Below the pieces are notes generated by a model. It ran no database searches. It saw only the letters and a list, made by a program, of their open reading frames with translations, and had not been told where the DNA came from. 64,000 bases of DNA, taken from Epiperipatus broadwayi. Its lineage: Eukaryota; Animalia; Onychophora. Both the position numbers and the translations under genes were made by a program. This document shows positions 37,061 to 49,695 of this stretch, one piece after another. The stretch lies in the NCBI GenBank assembly GCA_028023455.1, contig JAQFVV010000007.1, forward strand, positions 17,484,001 through 17,548,000, given 5' to 3'. Each line of letters opens with the position of its first letter. Position 1 is the stretch's first letter.

Positions 37061-39169
37061 AGTATTCAAATTTCTTATAAATTACCAAACAATAAGCCAT
37101 TGATTATTACATCCACCACTTGCCTATCTTTGATCATATAACAATATTGGCATCAGCATGGGATTTGGGAATTCTATCATCAGATTTTCAATGGTATTGG
37201 AGTAGATTGGAACCTGTCCATTGAAGTATAAGGATTTGATATCTTAATATAAACTGAGCACTGATTGTTTATATGTATGGCAGATGATAATCTGGACCAA
37301 CTAATGAGTGCTGGTTCTGTACAAAATATGTATATTGGTGATTATTTATCTTTTCTGCATATATGTGGTCATGTGTATCATTAGTATGAGATAGTGTGGA
37401 TGGTTAAAGTGGCTTGAAAGACTGAGTTCAAATCCCCTATATTTACAATTGGGTTCCAGATATAAGAGTGCCTGGTATTTCAAATTTATCTTTGATCATT
37501 ATTTTTAATAAATACATTGCAAGACAATGTTCTATCCAAAATTATTTTAGTACTTGCAATTTATTTATTTTTTAAATATAAATATAGAAATTTTATTACA
37601 GAACAGTGAATACAAGTAAATGGATGATACAATCAGAAAGTGAGATCAATAAATTTGGATTACAGTACTTCCAATTTATAGCTTCAGTCCACTATTCCAA
37701 CCAATGCTTTTTCATCACATCCATCTCTTCTCTTCACCATTCCAGTCTAATATTTTTCTCATCACTTCATTCTGTCTAATATATGTTGTTAAAATCTTTT
37801 GGATCCAGCTAAAAACATTATTATTCTTTTAATGTTAACTCTGTATAAAATGTACCCAGCACAATTAGACGTCTTTCAATGCTTTTTATCGATCACATTT
37901 AATTTCTGATTTTTCTACTTGCTAATCTTAGCATCCTTATTTTACATTTTGATTGAAGGATGTCATCTCTGCGTTAGATATAAAAGCAGATAGAATATAT
38001 TTATTAAAAACATTTTTATATACTTTTTTAAAATTTTCTCTATTTTTGTTTGTTTGTTTATTAGTCTGCCTGTCTATGAAATCTTTTAACTCAAGTTTCA
38101 CTCATTTCCTGATTTCCAATCGAATTGAAATTTTCCATCCATATGTATTCTTGATGACTACATCTATAAAGATTAAAAACAATTTTAGCAAAAAATGTAA
38201 ATTTTATATGGGATTCAGTATTTTTTTATGATACTGCTATATATATTCTTTCTTCTAAAATTAAAGAAATGCTTTTATTTATATAAATGCATTAAAAAAT
38301 ATCGATTTTTTTTTCAGCTTTCACAATATTCTTGATATTATGCAACCAAAATAAAAGTGGGTGAGACTCATGTTATTTTTGAACATGGGCATTGCACATT
38401 TTTATTTTGTTCACATAATATCAAGAAAATTTGGAAAACTGAAGAAAATTTATTTTTATTTTTAATACATGTATTGTATGTCTTCAAATAAGACTAACCT
38501 TCAGTATTAAACTCAAATCCTCAAACAAGAATGTAAACATTGACTTTCTTCCCTAGGGAGAAATAAGCCACCACAATTCATTAGATTGCGGTGGCTTATT
38601 CAGGGTTACAATAAAAAACTGTAGAATAAATAAACTGTTACTCTGAATGCATATGTTAGCAATAAGAATCACATGATGCTTTGCTAAGTATCTGAAATGT
38701 ATAGGCATATTTCTTTTTATTAAGTTACGAACCAACAACTCCATCACATGACCTCATATTTTTACTCATATGTTTCCAAGAGCAATTATCATCATCCTTA
38801 TTCTAGAATCATCTACTTTAAACTAGAATAATCAATAGACACCAGATGATAAAGTGTTATTAAATTTTCATCTTCAGACTGTTTGGTTTCTGGCTTTTAT
38901 TTTCACCAGCTAAGACTAAGATTTATTGCTGGAACTAATATACTTATGCGAGAAGCAGATACTTTTTATCCATTTATAATATTAAGATAATGCAAATTTA
39001 AAAAAAAAAACACAACCCATGATTTCAAACACAAACTAATTCATTTGCATAGCTGTGTAGAACTACTGTCAGATCAGTTTAGGGCAGACAGCAGTTGATC
39101 TGGAATTGTCAATTTTTCAACACCATATTTTCTGATATTCACTGATTGAAATAGGTTGAAGATAATTTC

Positions 39170-39350
39170 ATTCATTATTGAAACCTTATCAAGATGTTTT
39201 TTTAATAAAATCACATGACTCTACAGCAATTCCACCCAGTGGAAATTTTTTACATTATACTTACAATAAATGTAATTAGGAAAATAAATTCCTCTACATA
39301 ACAATAATTAAATTTATTACAATTCTTATTTAAATATATATATATTTACA
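39170..39350 (-). repeat. Old PLE terminal-repeat arm, mirrored at ~45725-45925
   Basis: The reverse complement matches 45725-45925 (G(A/G)(A/G)TTGCTGTAGA..GTCATGTGA..ACATCTTGATAAG..AATAA..GAATGAAA). Confidence 0.65.
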
Positions 39351-39387
39351 ATATAGAAAATTCAAAACTGCCTAACACTATACTAGC

Positions 39388-40852
39388 AATAAATAAAATA
39401 CAAAACTATAAAACAATACAACACTAGATAAAAATCCAAATTTTACCAAAAGCCTTAAATGACCATGGTTTTATCTACTAATAAATAGACCTTCTCAAGT
39501 GAAAATCAAACTAAATAAACAACATATATATACAAAACAACAAACCTTCCCATAATTCATTTCAAAAACCAACTTCCCTTTATATCAAAAAATGTCTTCA
39601 TCAGATTGATAGCCTCAGATTCAAGAAGTTTTATCATTAAAGTTTTTTTTACTCTTCTTTTTAATTCAATCTTTTCATAAAAAAATAATCATTGCATTAA
39701 TATGTTCTGTCTATATTGATTTTTTGGAATGTAGTGTTATTAATCAATTTTCTTTTTCTTTAAAATTATTTGTTAGGTATGTTAATGATTGTTTATTTGT
39801 TATTCAGAAAAAAAAATTAGAGGAGTTTTTAGATGGATTGAATGCTTTTGAGTTTAGTATTAATTTTACTATTGGTGGTAGTTTTGATTTTGTGAAATTA
39901 AAATTTTTGGATTTAAAAGTGTTGACAAGGTTGATAATGTTTTATTTTATAGTCATTTTATAAACCTAAGAATTTGAAAAATATGATTAGGCCTGATAGT
40001 TACCAACCTTTTACACATAAAAACATCTTTATTGAATTTTTGTTGTAGGAATAGAAGGTTTAATAAGTTTAGTAATAATGCTGATATTCAAAAAAATCAA
40101 TTTGTAGCTGATTGTGTAGAATTAGGTTATAATCATAAATTTATTAGAAATGTTGTATTTAATAATAATATTTATAGTCATGACACTAATAAGTCAAATT
40201 TTATGGTTAGTAAGGATAAAGAGTTTATATCTTTACCATTTAAGTCATCAATATATAATGTAGTTTATAAGAATAGTCATTTGTTAAGAGGAATGAAGGT
40301 TGCATGGAAGAAAGGTTCTGATTTGAATTCTTTATTGAATGGTTCAAAACAGTCAATTGATAGTAAATCTATTCCTGGTATTGTTTAGAAGATTCCTTGT
40401 AATTGTAGTAAGATTTATATAGGTCAGAATAAATTTAGCTTTAATGAAAGGATCAAAGTTCATATAAATAGAGTTAAACATAGGCATCATAACTCAGCTT
40501 TATATATTCATGAATAGAATACAGGTCATAAAATATTGTTTGACAATGCAATGGTTATTTTTTATGAAAAGAATGAATTAAAAAGAAGAGTAAAGGAAAC
40601 TTTAATGACAAAACTTCTTGAATCTGAGACTATCAATCTTATAAAAACATCTTTTGATATAAAGGGAAGTTGGTTTTTGAAATGAATTATGGGAAGGTTT
40701 GTTTGTTTTGTATATATATCTTGTTTTTTTAGTTTGATTTTCATTTGAAAAGGTCTAGTTGTTAGTAGATAAAACCATGGTCATGTAAGGATTTTGATAA
40801 AATTTGGATTTTTATCTAGTATTGTATTGTTTTATGGGTTTGTATTTTATTT
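39388..40852 (+). mobile_element. Penelope-like element 3, decayed, with an inverted ~310-bp copy of its 3' end (39388-39698 vs 40545-40852)
   Basis: LFVRYVNDCLFVI (YVDD mutated), LKFLDL, GIV*KIPCNCSKIYIGQ (GIY-YIG), KRRVKETL. Frameshifts and stops present. Confidence 0.85.
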
Positions 40853-41374
40853 ACAATATATATATATTTAAAATATTTTTTTCAGATTGTTTTGTAAATA
40901 TATATATTAAAAATAATAATTCAATAAAAAATTATTTAATAAGACAACTTTTATAATAATATATTTAATTTCACCAGCCCGAATTTTGCCCCCATACTGG
41001 AGCCTTATCAAGATGTAAATACACTTAAAGTTACATTACAATTTTTCCTTTTCTACAGCAACACTACCTACAGGCTTCATTTTACATTACAATATCAAAG
41101 ATAAAACATAAAACAAATTTTCTATTTCCTATTCATCACATACATAAATAATTATACACAATATTTACACTCAAACATGATCTAAATCATAATCATACAT
41201 TTACTTTATACAATCACTTATTTATACCTTAATATCATTCATAAATTTCCCAATCCTTCTCTCCTTACATACCTATATAACTATATTTAATATTTTAAAC
41301 CCAACATAATTAGAATGATAATCATCTATATAAATATATACACATAATTTACTTATAATTATACCCAACTTAAA

Positions 41375-43246
41375 TTAAATCTTCCAGCTATCTAACAACA
41401 CCCACTTTCCAGCCAACTTTACAGGATCTTTAACCATATTCATACATTTTTCAAAATTCTCCTGTATATACAAAGTTTCATAACGTATCCTCTCACTATA
41501 CTTCTTTACATACTTAATAACCTGAATGTTTTTTTCACAAATCATTCTATGTCCAGTATTCAAAAAATGTACATAAATCCCTGATCTCATATCCTTCCTC
41601 CTAATTGCCCTATCATGTTCTTTACCCCTTTCTAATGCAGTCTTCTCTGTCTGACCAATATATATCATGCTACAAAATTCACAAATAATCTTATACACCA
41701 ACCCTGCCCTACCATTCTCATTATTATTTTCTATATTACATATCCATTTCCCTAATGATCTACTGTTTTTCTATCCTATTTTAATATTACCCGGTAATTC
41801 TTCCCTTACTAACTCTTTATATACTCTATCAAAATATGGAACTGAAATCCATTTATTATTTACAGTTAATTTCTTATTATTATAATATCTACTATCTTCA
41901 CCTTTATTTTTAAAAAATTTACTTATATCTTTTTTTTTATATCCCATACTAATATAATCATTTTCAACCTCCAACTTTTGTATTAATGCTACATCCTTAT
42001 CTAAAGTTAACCTATCATTTTTCTCTCTAAACCCTTTCATTGCTGCTATTTTTTGAGACCATGGTTGATATGAACTTGGATCTATTATACCTCTTTTATC
42101 TTTCTCCTTAATATAATGTCTTATAACAATCTCACCTGTCACACCCTTCCTCATAAAAATATCTAAATATTTTAACCCTTCCTCTCCATTTTCCATCGTA
42201 AATCTAATACCATATCCATTATCATTCATTTCATTAAATGCATTATTAATACTTCTACTATTCCCCATTATAAGTATATCATCAACATATCTGTGATATT
42301 GTATAATTTCTTTCATCCTTATATATTTATCAATTACTCTTCCCTCAATATAATCAATCATAATAGACGATAAAACACCACTAATGGAACAACCCATAAC
42401 CCATCCTTTAGTTATCTTCCAAAACTCATTTTTATATTTAAAGTACAGTGTTTCACTTATCAACAATAAAGCCACATTAATAATACACATCCATTCCTTC
42501 GACATACCACCATAATCCTTTATTTTTTCCATAATGACTTTTATTCTTTCCTCTCTAGGTATACTTTAATACATCTTTTCAATATCAAATGGTACAATAT
42601 TTCCATTCCTATTTAATTTTACATTCTTTAGTTTATTTATAATTTCTGAGTTTTTAATGCAATATTTCCCAAAACCCACATCATTTATAATCTTTTTACA
42701 TACAATATCACACAAGCCTTTAAGAACATAATTCTTAAAATCCAATATTGCTCTTACTGGCATACTCTCTTTTTGTGTCTTAACTTTCCCAAACATACTA
42801 GGATGTTCAATTACCATAGGATATAAATATCTATATTCTTTTTCATTAATTAACTGTTTTACCCTCATATTAGTCAATAGTATTTTATATTTTGTTTTAT
42901 TTCATTATTTGGATCCTTATTCATTTTCAAATATTCTTGTTTTTCCATATCTTCTTTAATCTTTTGTCATATTTATTTTCATTCAAAATCACAAACCTTG
43001 GTCCCTTATCCTCAGTTGTCACAACCAATCTCTCTTGTTTTGTTTTATCCTTAATTTTCCTAATAACTAATTTTTTTCTTCCATTCTTTCTTATTTAATT
43101 TATCCTTTTTATTAAATGCACCATTAATCCTTGATTGTATTTCCATCTTCATTTTACTATTAATATTCTCAGCCTCTACACTCACTACCATTGCCTTCCA
43201 TATGTTTTTATCCATAAACGGTATATATTTAATACCTTTATTTAAT
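41375..43246 (-). pseudogene. PLE2 left-arm RT/GIY-YIG ORF, disrupted
   Basis: Fragments 42566-42877, 41771-42532 and 41375-41701. Premature stops at IEKMY* (Q in the right arm) and NIKIG* (W in the right arm). Confidence 0.9.
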
Positions 43247-45191
43247 GATATGAGTAAAGAAAAATACGGTTACATAAATATATCTGGTGTGGATTTCACA
43301 AATGAAAAGTCAGAAATATTAAATAAAGGTATTAAATATATACTGTTTATAGATAAAAACATACAAAAGGCAATGGTGGTGAGTGTAGAAGCTGTGAATA
43401 TTAATAGTAAAATGAAGATGAAAATACAATCGAGGATTAATGGTGCAATTAATAAAAAGGATAAATTAAATAAAAAAAATGGAAAGAAAAATTAGTTATT
43501 AGGAAAATTAATGATAAATTTAAACAAGAGAGATTGGTTGTGATGACTGAGAATAAGGGACCAAGGTTCATGATTTTTAATGAAAATGAATATGAGCAGA
43601 AGGTTAAAGAAGATATGGAAAAACAAGAATATTTGAAAATGAATAAGGATCTAAGTAATGAAATTAAAACAAAATATAAAATACTATTGACTAATATGAG
43701 GGTAAAACAGTTAATTAATGAAAAAGAATATAGATGTTTATATCCTATGGTAATTGAACATCCTAGTATGTTTGGGAAAGTTAAGACACAAAAAGAGGGT
43801 ATGCCAGTAAGAGCAATATTGGATTTTAAGAATTATGTTCTTAAAGGCTTGTGTGATATAGTATGTAAAAAGATTATAAATGATGTGGGTTTTGGGAAAT
43901 ATTGCATTAAAAACTCAGAAGAAATTATAAATAAACTAAAGAATGTAAAATTAAATAGGAATGGAAATATTGTACCATTTGATATTGAAAAGATGTATCA
44001 AAGTATACCTAGAGAGGAAAGAATAAAAGTCATTATGGAAAAAATAAAGGATTATGGTGGTATGTCGAAGGAATGGATGTGCATTATTAATGTGGCTTTA
44101 TTGTTGATAAGTGAAACACTGTACTTTAAATATAAAAATGACTTTTGGAAGATAACTAAAGGATGGGTTATGGGTTGTTCCATTAGTGGTGTTTTATCGT
44201 CTATTATGATTGATTATATTGAGGGAAGAGTAATTGATAAATATATAAGGATGAAAGAAATTATACAATATCACAGGTATGTTGATGATATACTTATAAT
44301 GGGGAATAGTAGAAGTATTAATAATGCATTTAATGAAATGAATGATAATGGATATGGTATTAGATTTACGATGGAAAATGGAAAGGAACGGTTACAATAT
44401 TTAAATATTTTTATGAGGAAGGGTGTGACAAGTGAGATTGTTATAAGACATTATATTAAGGAGAAAGATAAAAGAGGTATAATAGATCCAAGTTCATATC
44501 AACCATGATCTCAAAAAATAGCAGCAATGAAAGTGTTTAGAGAGAAAAATGATAGGTTAACTTTAGATAAGGATGTAGCATTAATACAAAAGTTGGAGGT
44601 TGAAAATGATTATATTAGTATGGGATATAAAAAAAAAGATATAAGTAAATTTTTTAAAAATAAAGGTGAAGATAGTAGATATTATAATAATAAGAAATTA
44701 ACTGTAAATAATAAATGGATTTCAGTTCCATATTTTGATAGAGTATATAAAAAGTTAGTAAGAGAAGAATTACCGGGTAATATTAAAATAGGATGGAAAA
44801 ACAGTAGATCATTAGGAAATGGATATGTAATATAGAAAATAATAATGAGAATGGTAGGGCAGGGTTGGTGTATAAGATTATTTGTGAATTTTGTAGCATG
44901 ATATATATTGGTCAGACAGAGAAGACTGCATTAGAAAGGGGTAAAGAACATGATAGGGCAATTAGGAGGAAGGATATGAGATCAGGGATTTATGTACATT
45001 TTTTGAATACTGGACATAGAATGATTTGTGAAAAAAACATTCAGGTTATTAAGTATGTAAAGAAGTATAGTGAGAGGATATGTTATGAAACTTTGTATAT
45101 ACAGGAGAATTTTGAAAAATGTATGAATATGGTTAAAGATCCTGTAAAGTTGGCTGGAAAGTGGGTGTTGTTAGATAGCTGGAAGATTTAA
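43247..45191 (+). pseudogene. PLE2 right-arm RT/GIY-YIG ORF, disrupted
   Basis: NISGVDFTNEKSEILNKGIKY N-terminus; ORFs 43534-44508 (stop at SYQP*, W in the left arm), 44527-44835 (frameshift near SLG) and 44865-45191. Confidence 0.9.
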
Positions 45192-45550
45192 TTTAAGTTG
45201 GGTATAATTATAAGTAAATTATGTGTATATATTTATATAGATGATTATCATTCTAATTATGTTGGGTTTAAAATATTAAATATAGTTATATAGGTATGTA
45301 AGGAGAGAAGGATTGGGAAATTTATGAATGATATTAAGGTATAAATAAGTGATTGTATAAAGTAAATGCATGATTATGATTTAGATCATGTTTGAGTGTA
45401 AATATTGTGTATAATTATTTATGTATGTGATGAATAGGAAATAGAAAATTTGTTTTATGTTTTATCTTTGATATTGTAATGTAAAATGAAGCCTGTAGGT
45501 GGTGTTGCTGTAGAAAAGGAAAAATTGTAATGTAACTTTAAGTGTATTTA

Positions 45551-45594
45551 CATCTTGATAAGGCTCCAGTATGGGGGCGAAATCCGGGTTGGTG
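45551..45594 (+). ncRNA. Minimal hammerhead motif with a U3-A8 core variant at the PLE2 3' end
   Basis: CATC-TTGATAA-G-GCTCC-AGTATG-GGGGC-GAAA-TCCGGG-TT-GGTG. The left-arm mirror (40972-41015) has AAAA and GCT substitutions. Confidence 0.6.
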
Positions 45595-45880
45595 AAATTA
45601 AATATATTATTATAAAAGTTGTCTTATTAAATAATTTTTTATTGAATTATTATTTTTAATAAATTACATTGCAAAGACAATATTATGAACAAGTTTTGTT
45701 TTGAAATTTGATCATTTTTAGTGTATATATATATATATATTTAAAAAAAGGAAATTGTAATAAGTTCAATCATTTTTATGTGCATGTTTGTATTTTACTA
45801 ATTATATTTATTGTAATGTAAATAATGTTCACTGAATGGAGTTGCTGTAGAATACTAGTCATGTGAGTTTGTAAAAAGAA

Positions 45881-45925
45881 ACATCTTGATAAGATTCCAA
45901 TAAGGAATGAAAGTCAGGTTGATGT
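45881..45925 (+). ncRNA. Older homologous U3-A8 hammerhead motif
   Basis: ACATC-TTGATAA-G-ATTCC-AATAA-GGAAT-GAAA-GTCAGG-TT-GATGT: perfect 5-bp stems I and II with a different stem II sequence; stem III degenerate. Confidence 0.55.
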
Positions 45926-46049
45926 ATTAAATAATTTTTTTATTTATAGTAGTAAATTGTCTGTTTCAATTTTGTTTTAAATTAATTATTTTAAATTTTA
46001 GTTCTATAATTCCTTTTACCTATTACATTTCAATCATATGAAGAATTTG

Positions 46050-47050
46050 ACCAATATGCTTACAATTAACTTTTTATAACTTACTACAATCTCTTTAAGT
46101 AGAAAATACAGTAAGATTAATTCAATTAAACATTGAAGGTATATTTTATCACAATCAACATGGAAATCCCCTATGTACCAACACAGAACCATTGTGCTCA
46201 CATTTATGGTAATTCATCATATCTCTAAGATTCACATTTTCTTAAAACTTCTGGTTTCACATTATTATTGGTCAAATACTTACTGAATTTGGGAAGTTTT
46301 ACCAATATTTTAAAGCTTTTAATAAATCTAACAATCTCTATGATGATTTTTCAAATGGTACAACAATCACAGATCAGGTAATGTACGCACTGCTCACAAA
46401 TCTCCAGTACTAACTTGATCTGTTCTTTTCTTCTGGAACTGAAATGTCATAATAGCCTTTGCGTGAATGCAATGAAAGAACTAGCTCTAAAAATGGATGA
46501 TTTTAAGCATTTTATTCAAGCATATGGCATGCACAGATAATCCCTGATTATATTTCATTTTAATAAAAAATAACTTATCACTGCATACTGATCTTCTACT
46601 ATCGAGTCATTTCTATGATGAGTTAAACAAAACAATTCTTATAACACTTGAAATTCCATTCGAGCTGCACAGTTCTGAGATGGAATTTAAATAAAATTGG
46701 TGGAGTCTAATTTGTACTTCCTTTCCTTTTTGCTACAATAAATTTAAACTCAAAGCAATAGTTGCCACTATACTAAAAATCATTCATCCCAGTTTGGAAC
46801 AAAACCATGTCTACAAAGATCTGGAACTTGTGAGGACACTAATCAAAAGATCGGGTTCCTTCTACCCATGTTTAGAAAATATATAAATACTTTTTAAAAC
46901 AACTCCCATTGTTACTTCTAAGAAGATTTCCAATCTTAAATATTAAACTTTAAATATAAAAATCATTTTAAAAAATCAGAAAGATGCCTATTAGAATGGA
47001 ATTATGTACTTTTCTTTCACAACATATTTCTAATCTAAAGTTAATAAAAT
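46050..47050 (+). mobile_element. Heavily decayed LINE RT remnant (Jockey/I-group-like)
   Basis: Weak motifs QHG.., FKAFNK and IHPSLEQ among many stops. Confidence 0.35.
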
Positions 47051-48138
47051 CGAATGATGTTGAATGAATTCACTCTTGGTGCTCTGAGAGGATGTCAGTC
47101 TTCCAATATTTTTAACATTAATAAATACAGATCTTAAAGGAGTAGGCATTAATCTATTTGGTCCCTGTTTCAAGATGATATCAGCAAAATATCTCCAGAA
47201 AATAATATGATGCAATCATTATGAATGCATCTCAAGTAAGAAATCACTAATACTTGCTTTAAAAAATGTATGACAATTTTACTGCCATCTAGTATAAACT
47301 TGAGTAATCAGCATTTACTAGTTGCACATAAAATTTCCATCCTTAGGGTTTAAAGCCCTATCCATTTTAAAGTTGAATCCCAGACCTCACTGATAAAATC
47401 AAAGGCCAAAATAGATCTGAAATGATGTTTAAGTACTAAGAATAGAGATCTTATAAACATCTGAAAATTACTGATTACTCAAACTTACGCTAGATGGCAG
47501 TAAAGTGGAGAATTGCTTTTAACCCCATTTAGTGACAAAAATAATAAACAGTGAGAGGTTGAGTTGCTCATTGATAAATCAATTAATGGAAATTACCTGA
47601 TGATTACAATTTAGTTACTTATACATTAAAATACGACTTGGAAATCATTGAAGATAATAAATTATGAAATGATTTAGAATATGACTTATTACAAACTCAC
47701 TGCCATCAGCATCTTACATAAAGATAAAAGAGAAGACTTTTAATAGAGGTGATATTATGTGGATGACAATTGTATATTTTCTGAATCTTGTATAGGGACT
47801 AAGATAATGAAGAACTTCAAAAATAATGAGTATACAAAGACTGGAAGTGTTAGAATGGATCAAATTGAACCCATATGGGAGAATATATTTAAAGCTGAAT
47901 ATGTCAATTTAGAAATTAGAGTTGAACTAAATGAGCATTGATTATCATATCACTAACTTTAATTATGGACTGCTGAATGAAGATCTCACTGACTTTAAAG
48001 CAGTTTTTCTGATCAACTTTTTTTTCACTAGAAACCTTTCTTATCTCATATATCTATTTCACATATGGTATTTTTTTCTAAATCTTTTATAATATCTTGA
48101 GATCCTGTTTAAAATGAGTTGTCCATTTATTGGCATTT

Positions 48139-48404
48139 TTTCACATTATCACTATTTCCTATGCATACATAAGTTGTTAAAATAGGGAAAAAGTGGCAGT
48201 TGAATGGTTGCATTAGATCCTAAGATCTAGGTGTACAGCTCTCAGATCTAAGATTACTCACTGATGAAAGTCACAATCTAGAAATTAGTCTGTAGATATT
48301 TGATGAGTAGGCACTAGATAGTGATTTTATGCATAAAACTTCTTGCACCCACATTTTCTAAGGCTTGCACTGGGTGGCTCTACTGTATGGAGAGCTTGCT
48401 ATTG
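48139..48404 (+). mobile_element. Family A hammerhead repeat flanked by a 13-bp direct repeat
   Basis: ACTCA-CTGATGA-A-AG-TCACAAT-CT-A-GAAA-TTAG-TC-TGTAGA at ~48256-48296. TTTATTGGCATTT at 48126-48138 and 48405-48417. Confidence 0.8.
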
Positions 48405-48699
48405 TTTATTGGCATTTCTTTTAAGTAAAGCACATACCAAAACCATTTGGAATTTTTTAATTCATCTAAAAAATGTCAATTTTTGTTTTTGGTCCTTGTT
48501 TCTTTCAATATACATTTCTCTATTCTTCACAGTATAGACTGAAGCCTCTACATTGCTTTTATTAAATATCCAAAGCTCAGATATATAATTTTATTAACTT
48601 TTTTCAAGCCTAAAGGCATATTTTTTTTATATCTTAAATTATTTCTATCATACATTCCACTCCTTACATTTTTATGATTATTTCATCAGTTATGTTTCT

Positions 48700-49250
48700 A
48701 TATGCATTTTGAAAAGACAACAACCATTGTTGTGGTCTTTTTAGTTTTTATTTTTAATCCCACCTTTTGCCCCCATCTGATAGCCCTTGTAACACTTCCA
48801 CATCATTCTAAAAATCTCGATAACTTTAACAATCTCTTCTTATTTTTAATTTCTCTTCATTTCACCATTTTAATTTTCAGAATATTTCCTGCAAAACTTG
48901 TGCAAATCATTTGCAGAAATAGCATCACCCTGCTGAACACCTTTATCAAAAATAATATTTTTTTAGGGTTATCACATATTTTGTTTTAATTCTTCAAAAT
49001 TTGATAAGATCCTGGTTCTAATGCTTTTTCTTAATCTCAAATCCAAAGCATAATAGCATTTCATATTTGCTAGTCCTTTTATATATTTTTTTAATTTGAT
49101 GACATGATCATTAATACTGGTATTATAGTTACTTTAACTCCAAAATTTTAAGTAAATGAATTGTAATAATCTTAGCAAGGATCTTGTGTAAAATTGACAG
49201 AACACTGATAGTCTGTAAATTTTTATATGTTTCTTTTTATCTTACCAAAA
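48700..49250 (-). mobile_element. Decayed LINE 3' fragment (RTE/L2-like)
   Basis: The minus strand loosely resembles the W.GHV.R ... GKR..GRP..W region; many disruptions. Confidence 0.35.
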
Positions 49251-49616
49251 CATCAATATCACTATTATATATTTTTTGAACCTTTGGTACATAATTTTGC
49301 CACTAATGTCTTTACCCCATGCTTAGTTTTAAATACCTAAAATAATTCTATCATTTCCTGGAACTTTTCCAGTTTTGATGAATTTAATTATTTTCAATTA
49401 AAATACTTAGAGTTTACTACATTGTTGCAAATGTAGGAGTTACTTTATTTGCTTATTCTTTATTATTTTAAGGCAATATGTAACTTGCTTATACTGAATG
49501 CCTTTTATATATGTAATTAGAGAGATTTGAAAGTCTATTCATCCTCCACTCCATCGCAATCAATTGATACACATGTCCACACACATGCAAAAAAGGTACA
49601 TGAACACCAATCAAAT

Positions 49617-49621
<5 letters not shown>

Positions 49622-49692
<71 letters not shown>
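49622..49692. repeat. (TA)n microsatellite
   Basis: Pure TA run. Confidence 0.95.

Positions 49693-49695
<3 letters not shown>

Larger units (their letters stand above)
40907..45660. mobile_element. Penelope-like element 2 as a ~4.75-kb palindrome (arms 40907-43246 and 43318-45660; ~71-bp spacer)
   Basis: The arms are near-identical reverse complements. ORFs on both strands translate to the same RT (GWVMGCSISG, RYVDD) and GIY-YIG (VYKIICEFCSMIYIGQTEK). Confidence 0.97.

Noticed and set aside
47540-48000. Possible RTE endonuclease remnant
   Set aside because: Only compositional resemblance; no convincing motif series.
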